NCBI GenBank assembly: GCA_014360465.1
Contig: JACIXQ010000002.1
Span: 3,719 to 67,718, forward strand
From: a bacterium
GTDB lineage: Bacteria > Armatimonadota > JACIXR01
Direction of reading: 5' to 3'
Length of the DNA stretch: 64,000 bases
The notes under the pieces were generated by a model. The model was not told where the DNA came from. It saw only the letters and a list, made by a program, of their open reading frames with translations, and searched no databases. A program made the translations under genes and the position numbers. Positions 18,346 to 28,728 of this stretch are shown here, in pieces; the stretch's first letter is position 1, and the number at the start of each line of letters is the position of its first letter.

Positions 18346-20865
18346 TCATCTCTCTGTGATTTCCTTATACCTTATGACCAAACTGCTCCTTTTCTTGGGA
18401 AGGCGAATCTCCAAGCCTTCATTAAGCAACTTCTCGCCCTTTACTATCTTCCTGGTCTTCTTCAAAGAATCATCAATCATCTCTAATCTGTAAGTAGCAT
18501 CGGGAGAAATAGCCTTTCCAGGTACAATCAGACCAAAATATTCGCATTCAGGGCGACGGAAGGCGTAAATAATCCCTTCCTTTAAGTCTGAACGATGCAG
18601 CTGATAGGCTATCAGCTGGTCGTTAGATTTGGAAGCTGGCGTAAGGGGATAAAAATCACCCAGCCAAAACTTCCTGTTCTCCTTCGCCTCAACGACCATC
18701 TTTCTCGCTAATTCCCAAGGAAATCCATCCTCAAGATACGCCCATTCGCATATTGCTCCAGCTGTTTGTGCGCTTCTGAATTCATAGGGTTCGGGCGACC
18801 ATACTCCCACACTGAAGAGGGGAATATACTGGGCGAGTCCCATACTCTGATTCTGATTCCACTCGGGATGACCAGGAAAACATCCTGTATCACTTCGCCA
18901 AAGGGGAACAGAACGCATAATCGTCTCTAAATCTATTCTCCTCCCACCACTAGCGCAGTTATCTATCATTAGCCCGGGGTGCCTCCTAAGGATCTCGTCC
19001 CACATTTCGTATAGCCCCTCCACATAGCGGATCTCGGTTATTCCCTGGCGGTCAGGTTCGTCATTAGCTCGCCAGAAAGGAAGAGGGTCAATGTTGAAAT
19101 CATTACGATAGATATCCAAGCCGAAATCATCAATTATCTTGCAGAGAAGCTCCGTTAGCCAATGTCTTGCCGAAGGGTCGTTCAACTTGAATAATCCCCC
19201 ATTTTCCCCTCCAAAGACCCATTCCGGGTGCTCCCTTGCAATCTGTGTTCCAGGCGCCACCCTCTCCGGCTCAACCCAAAGGACGAATTTCATACTCAAC
19301 TTATGACAGAGATCGCTTATCGGTTTGAGCCCCCGAGGAAAAGCATGAGGCTTTGGAAACCAGTTGCCCACTCCATTGGGGAAATCGCCAACAAACCAAC
19401 CGGCATCAAACCAATAGGTATCACAGCCAATTTTGTAGGCGGCGCGCACAGCCTCCAGTTGTCCTTCCTCCGTTGCCCAACGAGGAAGAGTGAAATTATA
19501 GCGGTCAAATGTCTGGAGTGCAATGGGCAGTTCGGGGACTTTCCCATTTATTTGGGGAACATAGTGGGCTAACAAAAGCCTTCGGAAAAGGTTGTGAGCA
19601 TCCCATCTATCGCCTTTCCAAGTCATAATAAGGATGCGGGGAGTTCTTATCCGCTCTCCCGGATAGAGGCTCAAATGGGTTAGCTCCATACCAGCTTTGA
19701 GATGGGTCTCGCAGGTCTGGCTCTTGGGACGTTCAAACGATACACACCATTGACCTGTCCAGCCTATTGCCAATATTACCCCTCTCTGGGCATACTGGAA
19801 GTTCATAAAGGGAAAACCGCTTATAGAGGATGGTCTCCCTCCTGTTGGGGCAATCCTTATGCTCCTATCAATTGGGAGGGAAGTATCCATAGGGAAAAAG
19901 GAGTTCTCATCGCAGGAATCGCCGTGCAGATGATGCAAAACTGCTTCCCTATAGAGGTTTCCCGTAACCAACTTTGTGTCTATAGCTTGGATATCCCTTA
20001 TAATAGGCGTCTTCTTATCGCCCTTATTCTCAAAAAAGAGGACCCATTCAACAGCAGGGAAATCCCTAAATATTTTGACATCTGCTTCTACCAAAAGCTT
20101 CGTATCTGGGTCAAGCCAAGAAACCCTGTAGAATATCCAGTCTTTCTCGTCCTTTTTCTCAACGGTTCTTTGCCAATTGTTGATAAAAGAAGAAGAAGGG
20201 ACATCGTTGTAGAAGAACGAAAATGGAGGGGTGGGACTTTCCATCAAAATTAAGTCGTTCTGTCCTTCATCCAGCCAGATTATCCTTTTATCGCTCATAA
20301 TAAACTGGGCATCAGCCCAATCAGCTTGATCCCAGCCAGGTCCATCAGGAGTGGTATCGACCTTGAGAATGAGCTGGGAAATGTCGGGAGTGAGAGGGAT
20401 TTCTATGAGGAATGGTTCATCGCCCCCCTTTAACACGGGCGTTTTTACCAGCTCCCTCCCATCAGTTTCCACGCTGAAGACGACGCTTCCACGTTTTCCC
20501 TGCGTATCCTGGTTATTATCAATACCAACGAACGCTTTGAAAATCCTTGCGCCACGGGGAACATCCACAACAATCTCACTATTTGCGTGGGTGCCAAGCC
20601 CGTGAGCATATTCTTTCTTACCTATTTTTATAGGGGTATCCATACATGATTCGCCAAATTTGAGTAGGGCAAAATCTTGTCGGAGCAATTTTAGATTAAC
20701 GGGAGGGGGGTAGAGCTTTCTCCCAGTGAAAGAATAACTAGCCCAGTTTGCTATTTGTCTTATTGCTTCTTTCCTACCTTTGTCATTCATAGTAAGACCT
20801 CCCTGGCTTGATATAGTGAGAAAAAACACTAAAAAAATTGTACAAGTAAAGGAAATTTTTTTCAT
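18346..20865 (-). CDS. Secreted NPCBM-domain plus GH36-like (alpha-galactosidase superfamily) glycoside hydrolase (putative)
   Basis: Signal peptide. An N-terminal NPCBM/NEW2-like block, GLGTHANSEIVVDV...FVGIDNNQ...GSVVFSV..DG. The central TIM barrel carries Asp/Trp motifs such as GCDTYWFDAGWF, reminiscent of GH36/GH27 clan GH-D. Confidence 0.5.
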   Translation of the reverse strand: MKKISFTCTIFLVFFLTISSQGGLTMNDKGRKEAIRQIANWASYSFTGRKLYPPPVNLKLLRQDFALLKFGESCMDTPIKIGKKEYAHGLGTHANSEIVVDVPRGARIFKAFVGIDNNQDTQGKRGSVVFSVETDGRELVKTPVLKGGDEPFLIEIPLTPDISQLILKVDTTPDGPGWDQADWADAQFIMSDKRIIWLDEGQNDLILMESPTPPFSFFYNDVPSSSFINNWQRTVEKKDEKDWIFYRVSWLDPDTKLLVEADVKIFRDFPAVEWVLFFENKGDKKTPIIRDIQAIDTKLVTGNLYREAVLHHLHGDSCDENSFFPMDTSLPIDRSIRIAPTGGRPSSISGFPFMNFQYAQRGVILAIGWTGQWCVSFERPKSQTCETHLKAGMELTHLSLYPGERIRTPRILIMTWKGDRWDAHNLFRRLLLAHYVPQINGKVPELPIALQTFDRYNFTLPRWATEEGQLEAVRAAYKIGCDTYWFDAGWFVGDFPNGVGNWFPKPHAFPRGLKPISDLCHKLSMKFVLWVEPERVAPGTQIAREHPEWVFGGENGGLFKLNDPSARHWLTELLCKIIDDFGLDIYRNDFNIDPLPFWRANDEPDRQGITEIRYVEGLYEMWDEILRRHPGLMIDNCASGGRRIDLETIMRSVPLWRSDTGCFPGHPEWNQNQSMGLAQYIPLFSVGVWSPEPYEFRSAQTAGAICEWAYLEDGFPWELARKMVVEAKENRKFWLGDFYPLTPASKSNDQLIAYQLHRSDLKEGIIYAFRRPECEYFGLIVPGKAISPDATYRLEMIDDSLKKTRKIVKGEKLLNEGLEIRLPKKRSSLVIRYKEITER

Positions 20866-21052
20866 CTTAATCTATTACCCCCTTTTTTGCTTTTGAAGAA
20901 TAGTAAATCTTCTCTGCCATTTAAGCAAGAAGAACAGGCTATTTGAAATTATTCAATTTAATGGTTTCAGATTTGATTTTGGTAAAAATGAATACAACAA
21001 GCGCTTATATATTTGGGGAAAAGCCCGATATGTTATGTGATTGTGCATCAAT

Positions 21053-21081
21053 TTGACTTATTGACTGTTAGGATTTATAAT
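21053..21081 (+). promoter_or_regulatory. Near-consensus sigma70 promoter for secDF: -35 TTGACT (21053-21058), 17-nt spacer, -10 TATAAT (21076-21081). RBS AAGGAGG at 21090-21096, ATG at 21103.
   Basis: Read directly. Perfect -10, 5/6 -35, optimal spacing. A duplicated TTGACTTATTGACT sits in the divergent intergenic region. Confidence 0.55.
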
Positions 21082-21102
21082 GAAATCACAAGGAGGTAGA
21101 AG

Positions 21103-23493
21103 ATGAAACCGAAGCATATCCTGATCTTGGTATTCCTTCTCGTAGTTGGCTGCGGATATGTAGTATATAAGAAGCCCTTCAAATTAGGGCTCGACCTTGC
21201 TGGTGGTATAAGGTTGGTCCTCAAAGCCCAGCCAACTCCCGATGTTCCCAAGATAACAGCCAGCCACCAGCGAGCTCTAATTAATATAATAAGGAGAAGA
21301 GTGGATGCTCTTGGTGTTTCGGAACCTCTAATTCAAGCTAAAGGCACCGACCAGATAGTTGTTGAATTGCCCGCCATTGAGAAAGAAGAACAGGCTCTTG
21401 AAATGCTCAAATCAACCGCAATGGTTGAGTTTCGCTACCTTCAAGATGTCCAAACGGAAAACAACCCTACGGCACCATATAAAATGGAAGTACGGGAAAC
21501 CCCTGATGGGAGAGAAGAAATTGTCTTCTACGATATCCATGGGAACGAGGTTCCTCACTCAAAAGTTTTAGAAAATGCTCCTATTATCCTTACGGGTAAA
21601 GACCTAAATCCCAAGAGGAGAGCAGTTGCTCAGCCTGGTCCCGCGGGATGGCCGGAGGTTGTCTTTTCCCTAAACCCAGAAGGGCAAAAAAAGTTCGCAG
21701 CTTTCACCGCGGGGCATGTTGGTGATATTGTCGCGATTGTTCTTGATAACAAAATAATCAGCGCACCAAGAGTCCAGGAACATATCTATACTGCGGAAGT
21801 TAAAATAGAGTTTAAGCAAGGAACTTTGAAGGAAGCCCAACAACTCGCTGAGTTGATAAATGCTGGTGCTTTGCCAGTTCCCCTTGTCATAGATTCAGTC
21901 CAAAAAGTGAACCCGACTTTGGGTCAAGATTCTCTGGAGAAAAGCCTACGAGCCGGAATCATTGGTCTGATACTTGTGATGCTATTTATGCTTGGCTACT
22001 ACTTGCTACCCGGTTTAATCGCCGATATAGCCCTTCTCCTCTACACTCTCTTTATGCTTGCTATCTTTAAGGGCATTCCGGTTACATTGACTCTCCCTGG
22101 TATCGCTGCTTTGATCATCACGATTGGTATGGCAGTTGACGCAAATATCCTTATATTTGAGCGTTTGAAAGAAGAGTTGCGTGCAGGTAAAACCCTACGC
22201 TCCGCAATTGATGCAGGATTCCATCGGGCATTTACAGCCATATTTGATTGCAATACAACAACTGTTATCTCGGCTATAGTTCTTTACGCAATTGGAACAG
22301 GACCCATTAAGGGATTTGCTCTCACACTCGGAATAGGAACAATTCTCTCTATGTTCACAGCTATAACAGTGAGCAGAACATTACTGCTTGTTACGGAGAA
22401 CCTCTTCCCATTCGCTCGCAACATCAAACTGTATGGGGTGTTTACTTGGACGAAAGGTAAATATTTCCATTTCGTTAAGCATTGGAAGCTCTGGTTCGCT
22501 ATAAGCCTGGCCATAATAATCCCTGGTATTATCTTCTATGCACCCCCAATTAAGGGGCTTAAAAAAGGCATAGATTTCACTGGTGGAAGTTTGATAACTC
22601 TCCGATTTGAAAAGCCAGTTTCCCTTCCAGATGTAAGATCGCTCCTTTCCAGCAAGGGTTACTCAGATGCCTATGTTCAAACAAGTAAGGATAATAGGGA
22701 ATTATACATAAGGATAAAGCAAACCGACCCCGAAGCTCCGAAAAGGATAGAAGAACTTCTTGCGGAAAAGTTCGGACAAATGAAGGTCCTATCCGTAGAC
22801 ACTGTAGGACCCATCATAAGCAGAGAATTGACCTCCAAGGCTTTTTGGGGCGTTTTCCTTGCATCCATACTTATCCTCCTCTATCTTTCCTTCCGATTCA
22901 ACGAGTTAAAATATGGAGCGGCTGCCGTAATAGCGACCCTCCATGATGTCCTCGTTATGTTCGGCTCCTTTGCTATCCTTGGTAAATTAGCAGGGATGGA
23001 AATAGATTCCCTTTTCGTTACCGCCGTTCTGACAATGGTTGGTTTCTCCGTTCACGATACTATCGTGGTCTTCGATAGAATAAGAGAGAATTGGAGACTG
23101 AGGAAAAGAGGCGAAAGTTTCGGAGAGATAGTGGATAAAAGTATCAATCAAACCCTTGTGCGCTCAATCAACACCTCTTTGACGGTTTTACTCGTCCTCT
23201 TGGCACTATTTTTCTTCGGTGGTCCCACTATAAAGCACTTCATCACAGCATTGATAATTGGAACCATAACGGGAACTTATTCAAGCATATTCAATGCTTC
23301 TCCGATAGTTTACCTCTGGACAAGCCGAACAAGGAAAACCCAAGCTGAACCTGTTGTCCCTACTGCAACAAGAGTACCCGAGGAACGAGAAGTAAGTACC
23401 CCCCCCGCTTCAGCCGTTTTTGTCCCAACACCCAAAGGTTTGGAGAGTGGTAGCGGAACCATCAAAAAGAAGAAAAAGAGAAGGAGAAGATGA
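21103..23493 (+). CDS. secDF: Protein translocase subunit SecDF (fused SecD-SecF)
   Basis: 796 aa. SecD N-terminus MKPKHILILVFLLVVGCGY..GLDLAGG, two 6-TM RND-like modules, and a periplasmic domain. The C-terminal ~55 aa form an unusual Pro/Thr-rich tail ending in KKKKKRRRR. Confidence 0.9.
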   Translation: MKPKHILILVFLLVVGCGYVVYKKPFKLGLDLAGGIRLVLKAQPTPDVPKITASHQRALINIIRRRVDALGVSEPLIQAKGTDQIVVELPAIEKEEQALEMLKSTAMVEFRYLQDVQTENNPTAPYKMEVRETPDGREEIVFYDIHGNEVPHSKVLENAPIILTGKDLNPKRRAVAQPGPAGWPEVVFSLNPEGQKKFAAFTAGHVGDIVAIVLDNKIISAPRVQEHIYTAEVKIEFKQGTLKEAQQLAELINAGALPVPLVIDSVQKVNPTLGQDSLEKSLRAGIIGLILVMLFMLGYYLLPGLIADIALLLYTLFMLAIFKGIPVTLTLPGIAALIITIGMAVDANILIFERLKEELRAGKTLRSAIDAGFHRAFTAIFDCNTTTVISAIVLYAIGTGPIKGFALTLGIGTILSMFTAITVSRTLLLVTENLFPFARNIKLYGVFTWTKGKYFHFVKHWKLWFAISLAIIIPGIIFYAPPIKGLKKGIDFTGGSLITLRFEKPVSLPDVRSLLSSKGYSDAYVQTSKDNRELYIRIKQTDPEAPKRIEELLAEKFGQMKVLSVDTVGPIISRELTSKAFWGVFLASILILLYLSFRFNELKYGAAAVIATLHDVLVMFGSFAILGKLAGMEIDSLFVTAVLTMVGFSVHDTIVVFDRIRENWRLRKRGESFGEIVDKSINQTLVRSINTSLTVLLVLLALFFFGGPTIKHFITALIIGTITGTYSSIFNASPIVYLWTSRTRKTQAEPVVPTATRVPEEREVSTPPASAVFVPTPKGLESGSGTIKKKKKRRRR

Positions 23494-23505
23494 AAACAAA
23501 TTTTT

Positions 23506-24411
23506 ATGACCAGTAGGGAAACGAAAGCATACAGGGCTACCCTGGTTGCTATATTTTCCGAACTTATCCTTCTTTCTTCAAAGGGGATTGTCGGTTTCCT
23601 CATTTCCTCCCTTAGCGTATTAGCCGATGCCTTAGATTCGCTACTTGACCTCATAGCCTCCACCCTCATCTATTTCTTCCTTCGCCAAGCTGCCCGTCCC
23701 CCTGATGAGGACCATCCTTTTGGGCACGGCAAATACGATGCCGTTGCATCTCTTTCCCAAGCGACGCTAATGTTGGGACTCGCGGGAATTATCTTCTACG
23801 AAGCAATTAATAAGGTGCTCCACAATATCCCAGTAAAAATGCCCGAGCTTGGCGTTGGAATAATGTTGATTAATATCCTATTCAGGATTTCCCTCGTTAA
23901 ATATTTTTCCAAAATAAGGCGTGAAACTGGTTCCCTCTCAATCTTTTCCCTCATCGGACATTATAAAGGAGATTTATACAATTCTGTTGGTATTATACTA
24001 GGATTGCTTGTGGTGAGAATTACCGATATCCATTTGTTTGACCCCCTGATAGCCTTTGTCATCTCCTTTTTCTTCCTCAAAACAGCCGTGATTATTTATA
24101 GGGAAGCCTTTCATCAGATTCTGGATAGGGTACCCGAGGATGTTTACGAGAAAGTAAGCGATATTCTCAGAGAGCATTATCCCGAACTCACAGGTTTTCA
24201 TAAATTGAGAATCCGCAAAGCAGGTAATGGCTTGCAGATGGATATGCATATCCTCCTTCCGAATGGTCTCTCCCTTCAAGAAGCCCACGATTTATCAGAA
24301 CATTTAGAAAACGATATCAAAGAGGTTTTTCCTTCCTCGGTAATTGTAATCCATATGGAACCCGAGGTAGAGGATGTCAAGGGAAATTTGGAAAGCAAGA
24401 AAAAAAGATGA
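23506..24411 (+). CDS. Cation diffusion facilitator (CDF) family metal efflux transporter
   Basis: 301 aa. Six hydrophobic helices with the CDF signature (DSLLD...HxxxD-like motifs in TM2/TM5) and a C-terminal cytoplasmic domain. Confidence 0.8.
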   Translation: MTSRETKAYRATLVAIFSELILLSSKGIVGFLISSLSVLADALDSLLDLIASTLIYFFLRQAARPPDEDHPFGHGKYDAVASLSQATLMLGLAGIIFYEAINKVLHNIPVKMPELGVGIMLINILFRISLVKYFSKIRRETGSLSIFSLIGHYKGDLYNSVGIILGLLVVRITDIHLFDPLIAFVISFFFLKTAVIIYREAFHQILDRVPEDVYEKVSDILREHYPELTGFHKLRIRKAGNGLQMDMHILLPNGLSLQEAHDLSEHLENDIKEVFPSSVIVIHMEPEVEDVKGNLESKKKR

Positions 24412-26113
24412 AGAAAAAGCGAGGGAATTGGCACGAGAGCTTCCAATTTTACCCTTAACCGCCTCCCTCATTCTTAATAGAGGCATAGAAGACATCTCTG
24501 AAGCAAAAAAATTCCTTTTTCCCAAGCTTTCATATCTAAATGACCCTTTTCAACTGGAGGAAATGGAGCTGGCTGTAGCAAGGTTGAGAGAAGCGATAAT
24601 AGAAAAAGAACCGATATTCCTTCAGGGAGATTACGATGTGGATGGTATATGCGCCACAGCCCTGTTGGCGAAGATTCTCGTTTCTTTGGGAGGAAGAGTC
24701 TTCTGCTATATTCCAAACAGGCAGAGAGAAGGACACGGCATATCTGATTACGCAGTAAAAAAGGCAATTGAATTAAGAGCAGGTTTATTTGTGACCGTTG
24801 ACTGCGGCAGTTCCTCCCACGCCCAAGTAGAGAAGCTTAATGGGAATGGGATAGATGTGATAATCACGGACCACCACGAAATGCCGGAGAGACCTTCAGC
24901 TTTAGCCCTGGTGAATCCCAAATTCTCCGATTCCTACCCATTCCAAGCACTTGCTGGCGTAGGCGTTGCCTTCAAAGTTGGGCAAGCCCTGATTTCTTCT
25001 TTTGGGAAAAGCTTGGGACCACTTTACGAAAAGCTCGACTTGGTAGCGCTTGGCACAATTGCGGATTTGGCATCACTCCTTGGAGAAAACAGAATACTCG
25101 TTAAGTTTGGACTGGAAAAATTGGGAACTATACCCTCAAACGGGCTTGATATGCTTAAGAAATTTACCGGGTTGAACGGCTATGTGGATTCCCACAAAGT
25201 CAGCTTTATTCTTGCCCCGCGCCTTAACGCACCCGGGAGAATAAGTAGCCCTTTGAAAGCGCTGGAGCTACTATTAACAGAGGATAACAATAAGAAAGAA
25301 GCGCTTTGCCGGGAATTGGAAAAAATGAATAGGGAACGGCGCTCGCTGGAAACGAAAATTCTTATGGAGATAGAAGAAGACCTATCAAGCCTTGACCTGG
25401 AAAGAGAACTTGTCATCGTACTTAAAGGGGAAAATTGGCACAGGGGTCTTTTAGGACTTGTAGCATCAAAGTTAGTAGAATTGTATCAAAGACCCGTGTT
25501 CGTCCTTTCAAAGTATGGAGATAAAGTCAAGGGTTCGGGAAGAAGCATCCCCTCTTTTAATATATATAAAGCAGTCCAGGAAATATCCCATCTTCTGATT
25601 AATTATGGCGGACATAACTCTGCTGTAGGGGTGGAAATGGAAGAAGGAAATTTTTATCCCTTTAAAGAGCACATCAACGAGATAGCGAGCAAATATCTCT
25701 CCTTGGATGAGCTTCGTCCAAAACAGGAAGCTGAAGCTATCCTCACGTTCCAAGAAATAAGTTTCAGGCTTGCCCAGGAAATCTCCCTTCTCGCTCCCTT
25801 TGGGATAGACAATCCCCAACCCCTCTTCATCAGCAAGGATGTAGAGGTCAAAGGAGTCAATTCTTTCCCAAACGGTAGGTATGCCGTTCTCACCTTACAA
25901 CAAAATGGAACAGAGCTCATCTGTCTAAGCCCCGTGAAACTCCTTGAGGGGCTTCCCCACAGATGTTCGATCATCTATAGCTTGGATGTGGATAAAGACT
26001 CAAGTCAACCTCTCCTCTTGCTAAAAGGGTGGAGCGAGGAGGATAATATAATTGTCTCCGAGGAAAAAAGACCATATCTGGGACAACTTCTACTATGGGA
26101 GGATTTGTTTTAG
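24374..26113 (+). CDS. recJ: Single-stranded-DNA-specific exonuclease RecJ (DHH family)
   Basis: 579 aa. DHH motifs GDYDVDG and ITDHHE, and a DHHA1 region with GGH. Overlaps the CDF gene's 3' end by 38 nt. Confidence 0.85.
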   Translation: MSREIWKARKKDEEKARELARELPILPLTASLILNRGIEDISEAKKFLFPKLSYLNDPFQLEEMELAVARLREAIIEKEPIFLQGDYDVDGICATALLAKILVSLGGRVFCYIPNRQREGHGISDYAVKKAIELRAGLFVTVDCGSSSHAQVEKLNGNGIDVIITDHHEMPERPSALALVNPKFSDSYPFQALAGVGVAFKVGQALISSFGKSLGPLYEKLDLVALGTIADLASLLGENRILVKFGLEKLGTIPSNGLDMLKKFTGLNGYVDSHKVSFILAPRLNAPGRISSPLKALELLLTEDNNKKEALCRELEKMNRERRSLETKILMEIEEDLSSLDLERELVIVLKGENWHRGLLGLVASKLVELYQRPVFVLSKYGDKVKGSGRSIPSFNIYKAVQEISHLLINYGGHNSAVGVEMEEGNFYPFKEHINEIASKYLSLDELRPKQEAEAILTFQEISFRLAQEISLLAPFGIDNPQPLFISKDVEVKGVNSFPNGRYAVLTLQQNGTELICLSPVKLLEGLPHRCSIIYSLDVDKDSSQPLLLLKGWSEEDNIIVSEEKRPYLGQLLLWEDLF

Positions 26114-28285
26114 ATGACGGATGATATAAAGTCCCTCGTCAGGAACCTGATTTCAAAGATGAGAAAAAGACATCAGAAATTGGACGAGGGGCGAATATAT
26201 CTCGCTGCTGAAACTGCATACTTCGCCCATAAAGATTTCCGCAGAGAATCAGGAGAGCCCTATATTTACCATCCACTAAATGTTGCCCTCATACTTGCTG
26301 ACCTTGGAATGGACGAAGATGTTATCATATCTGCTCTCCTACACGATGTCCTTGAGGACAGCAAGCTTTATGACCTTCAATTTATCAAATCCAATTTCGG
26401 CGACCATGTAGCGGAACTTGTTGATGCTGTTACCAAACTCTCCCATGCAGAGAAGGAATATCTAAGAAAAGAGATAACCCAAGCAGAGAATATTAGAAAG
26501 TTAATCCTTGCAATGGCTAAAGATATCAGGGTTATATTCATAAAACTGGCAGATAGATTGCATAATATGCAAACCCTTTATGCTCTACCGCGGGAAAGGC
26601 AGAAAAAAATGGCAGAGGAAACGATGCAGGTCTTCGCACCCTTAGCTAATCGCCTGGGAATCTGGGAATTCAAATGGAGACTTGAAGACCTCGCTTTTCA
26701 GTACCTCTATCCCAAGGAATTTGAGAACTTGAAGGAACAATTAGAGAAAATCAGGGTAGATAGAGAAACTGAAGTAGAAGAAGCAGGAAAAATACTCAAG
26801 GAAAGATTAGCAAAGGAAAATATAGATGCAACGGTATATGGAAGGGCAAAGCACCTGTGGAGCATTTACAAGAAAATGCAGAGGGATAATATCCCGCTTG
26901 AAGAAGTTTACGATTTGGTAGCTCTAAGAGTGATAGTTTATACGAAAGAACAATGCTATATAGCTCTCAGTATTGTCCACGACCTCTGGACCCCAATACC
27001 GGGAATGTTCACAGATTTCATTGCTTCCCCCAAGCCAAATGGCTACCGTTCCCTTCATACGAAGGTAATTGGACCAAGAGGCAAACCCTTAGAAGTGCAG
27101 ATAAGGACTTGGGATATGCACAGGGAAGCCGAGTTTGGCTTGGCAGCACACTGGTTTTATAAAAGCGATGCGAAGGATGATAAAGATTTTTTAGAAAGAA
27201 TTCGCCAGCTTCGGAGCCAAATCTTCACCTGGCAAGCGGATTATGGTGACCCAACGGAATTCTTTCGTTCCGTTGTTGAAGATTTATTCGCAGATAGAGT
27301 TTTTGTCTTCTCACCGAAAGGAGACATTTTCGACCTTCCAGCTGGCTCCACTCCCGTAGACTTCGCCTACCTTATTCATACTGAACTGGGCAATAAATGT
27401 GTAGGAGCAAAAGTCAACGGTAAGATCGTTCCCTTAGATTATGTGCTTAACACAGGTGATAAAGTTGAGATATTAACGAGGTCATCCGCTCGTCCCTCAC
27501 TTGAATGGTTGAGATTCGTCAAGACCTCCCACGCCAAAAGCTGTATCAAAAGGTTTTTTAAACAGCAGAATAGGGAAGAAGCAATTGAAAAAGGAAAAAA
27601 CCTTCTCTCTAAGGAAATCGCAAATATCCCCAATCTTCCACCCGATTTCTCTCTTGAAAAAGTTCTACAGGAACTTGCCCCTCGCCTTGGCTTTGCTTCA
27701 CCAACCGACCTACTCGCCTCCATAGGGTACGGTTCAACCTCACTTACTTCCATCGTCGAAAAGATTAAGAGAAAATATGTTTTGCCCCCCAACATAGAGG
27801 TCCTTGAATCGGCACCAAAGGTAAGTATTCCCGAGATCGGTATGGACGGTTTGCTGATAAAGAGGGCACGATGCTGTTATCCTCTTCCTGGTGAAGATGT
27901 TATCGGTTTCATAACCAGGGGCAAAGGAATAGTCGTCCATCTTTCCGCTTGCCCCAATATAGAGAATTTACCCCCTGAAGAAAAGAAAAGATTAGTCAAG
28001 ATAAACTGGGGTAGGAGTGAAAAGGCGGTACCAGTTGCAATAGAGGTGGAAGCATTGGACAGGATTGGGTTAGTATCCGATATAAGTGCCATAATAAGCA
28101 GTGAAGGAATAAACATCAGGTCTCTTAAAGTAGCGACGAAAGCAAACAATACCGCTTTTATAAAAGCTGTTATAGATGTCGTGGATGCTAAATCACTCAA
28201 TAAAATAGTTGAAAAAATATCTAATTTGAGTGATGTTCTCAATGTTAGAAGAGTGGGAATACCGCAAAAGAGGAGCAAGGTATGA
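26114..28285 (+). CDS. relA: Bifunctional (p)ppGpp synthetase/hydrolase RelA/SpoT
   Basis: 723 aa. HD hydrolase domain (HPLNVALILADL, HDVLED), a RelA_SpoT synthetase domain, TGS, and a C-terminal ACT domain. Confidence 0.9.
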   Translation: MTDDIKSLVRNLISKMRKRHQKLDEGRIYLAAETAYFAHKDFRRESGEPYIYHPLNVALILADLGMDEDVIISALLHDVLEDSKLYDLQFIKSNFGDHVAELVDAVTKLSHAEKEYLRKEITQAENIRKLILAMAKDIRVIFIKLADRLHNMQTLYALPRERQKKMAEETMQVFAPLANRLGIWEFKWRLEDLAFQYLYPKEFENLKEQLEKIRVDRETEVEEAGKILKERLAKENIDATVYGRAKHLWSIYKKMQRDNIPLEEVYDLVALRVIVYTKEQCYIALSIVHDLWTPIPGMFTDFIASPKPNGYRSLHTKVIGPRGKPLEVQIRTWDMHREAEFGLAAHWFYKSDAKDDKDFLERIRQLRSQIFTWQADYGDPTEFFRSVVEDLFADRVFVFSPKGDIFDLPAGSTPVDFAYLIHTELGNKCVGAKVNGKIVPLDYVLNTGDKVEILTRSSARPSLEWLRFVKTSHAKSCIKRFFKQQNREEAIEKGKNLLSKEIANIPNLPPDFSLEKVLQELAPRLGFASPTDLLASIGYGSTSLTSIVEKIKRKYVLPPNIEVLESAPKVSIPEIGMDGLLIKRARCCYPLPGEDVIGFITRGKGIVVHLSACPNIENLPPEEKKRLVKINWGRSEKAVPVAIEVEALDRIGLVSDISAIISSEGINIRSLKVATKANNTAFIKAVIDVVDAKSLNKIVEKISNLSDVLNVRRVGIPQKRSKV

Positions 28286-28728
28286 GGGCAGTAGTTCAAA
28301 GAGTTGACAATGCCTCAGTTGTAGTAAATGGTAAAGAGGTCGCTGCTATCGGGAAAGGCGTCCTGGTGCTTCTTGGTATTCACAAAGATGATAGCGAAAA
28401 AGACGCCCAATACATCGTGGAAAAGATTGTCAACCTCCGCATTTTTGAGAATGAAGAAGGAAAGATGAACCTCTCTTTGTTGGACATCGGCGGGGAGGTT
28501 TTACTCGTTTCTCAGTTCACTCTTCTCGCTTCAACCAAGAGGGGTAGACGCCCAGATTTCACCCAAGCTGCTCCTCACGATTTAGCTAAAACTTTGTTCT
28601 CCTACTCTGCTTCTCTCTTTGAGAGATATGCACAAACCAAGACGGGTATATTCGGGGAGAAGATGTTGGTGAGTTTGACCAACAATGGTCCAGTTACACT
28701 TATTATTGACAGCAGGGAAAAGTTATGA
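28282..28728 (+). CDS. dtd: D-aminoacyl-tRNA deacylase
   Basis: 148 aa. MRAVVQRV N-terminus and the SQFTLLA motif. Overlaps the relA stop by 4 nt, which is the conserved relA-dtd linkage. Confidence 0.9.
   Translation: MRAVVQRVDNASVVVNGKEVAAIGKGVLVLLGIHKDDSEKDAQYIVEKIVNLRIFENEEGKMNLSLLDIGGEVLLVSQFTLLASTKRGRRPDFTQAAPHDLAKTLFSYSASLFERYAQTKTGIFGEKMLVSLTNNGPVTLIIDSREKL

Noticed and set aside
24374-24411. Possible frameshift or pseudogene at the CDF/recJ junction (38-nt overlap)
   Set aside because: Both ORFs are full length with intact motifs. recJ may simply start at a downstream Met, or the genes genuinely overlap. There is no evidence of disruption.
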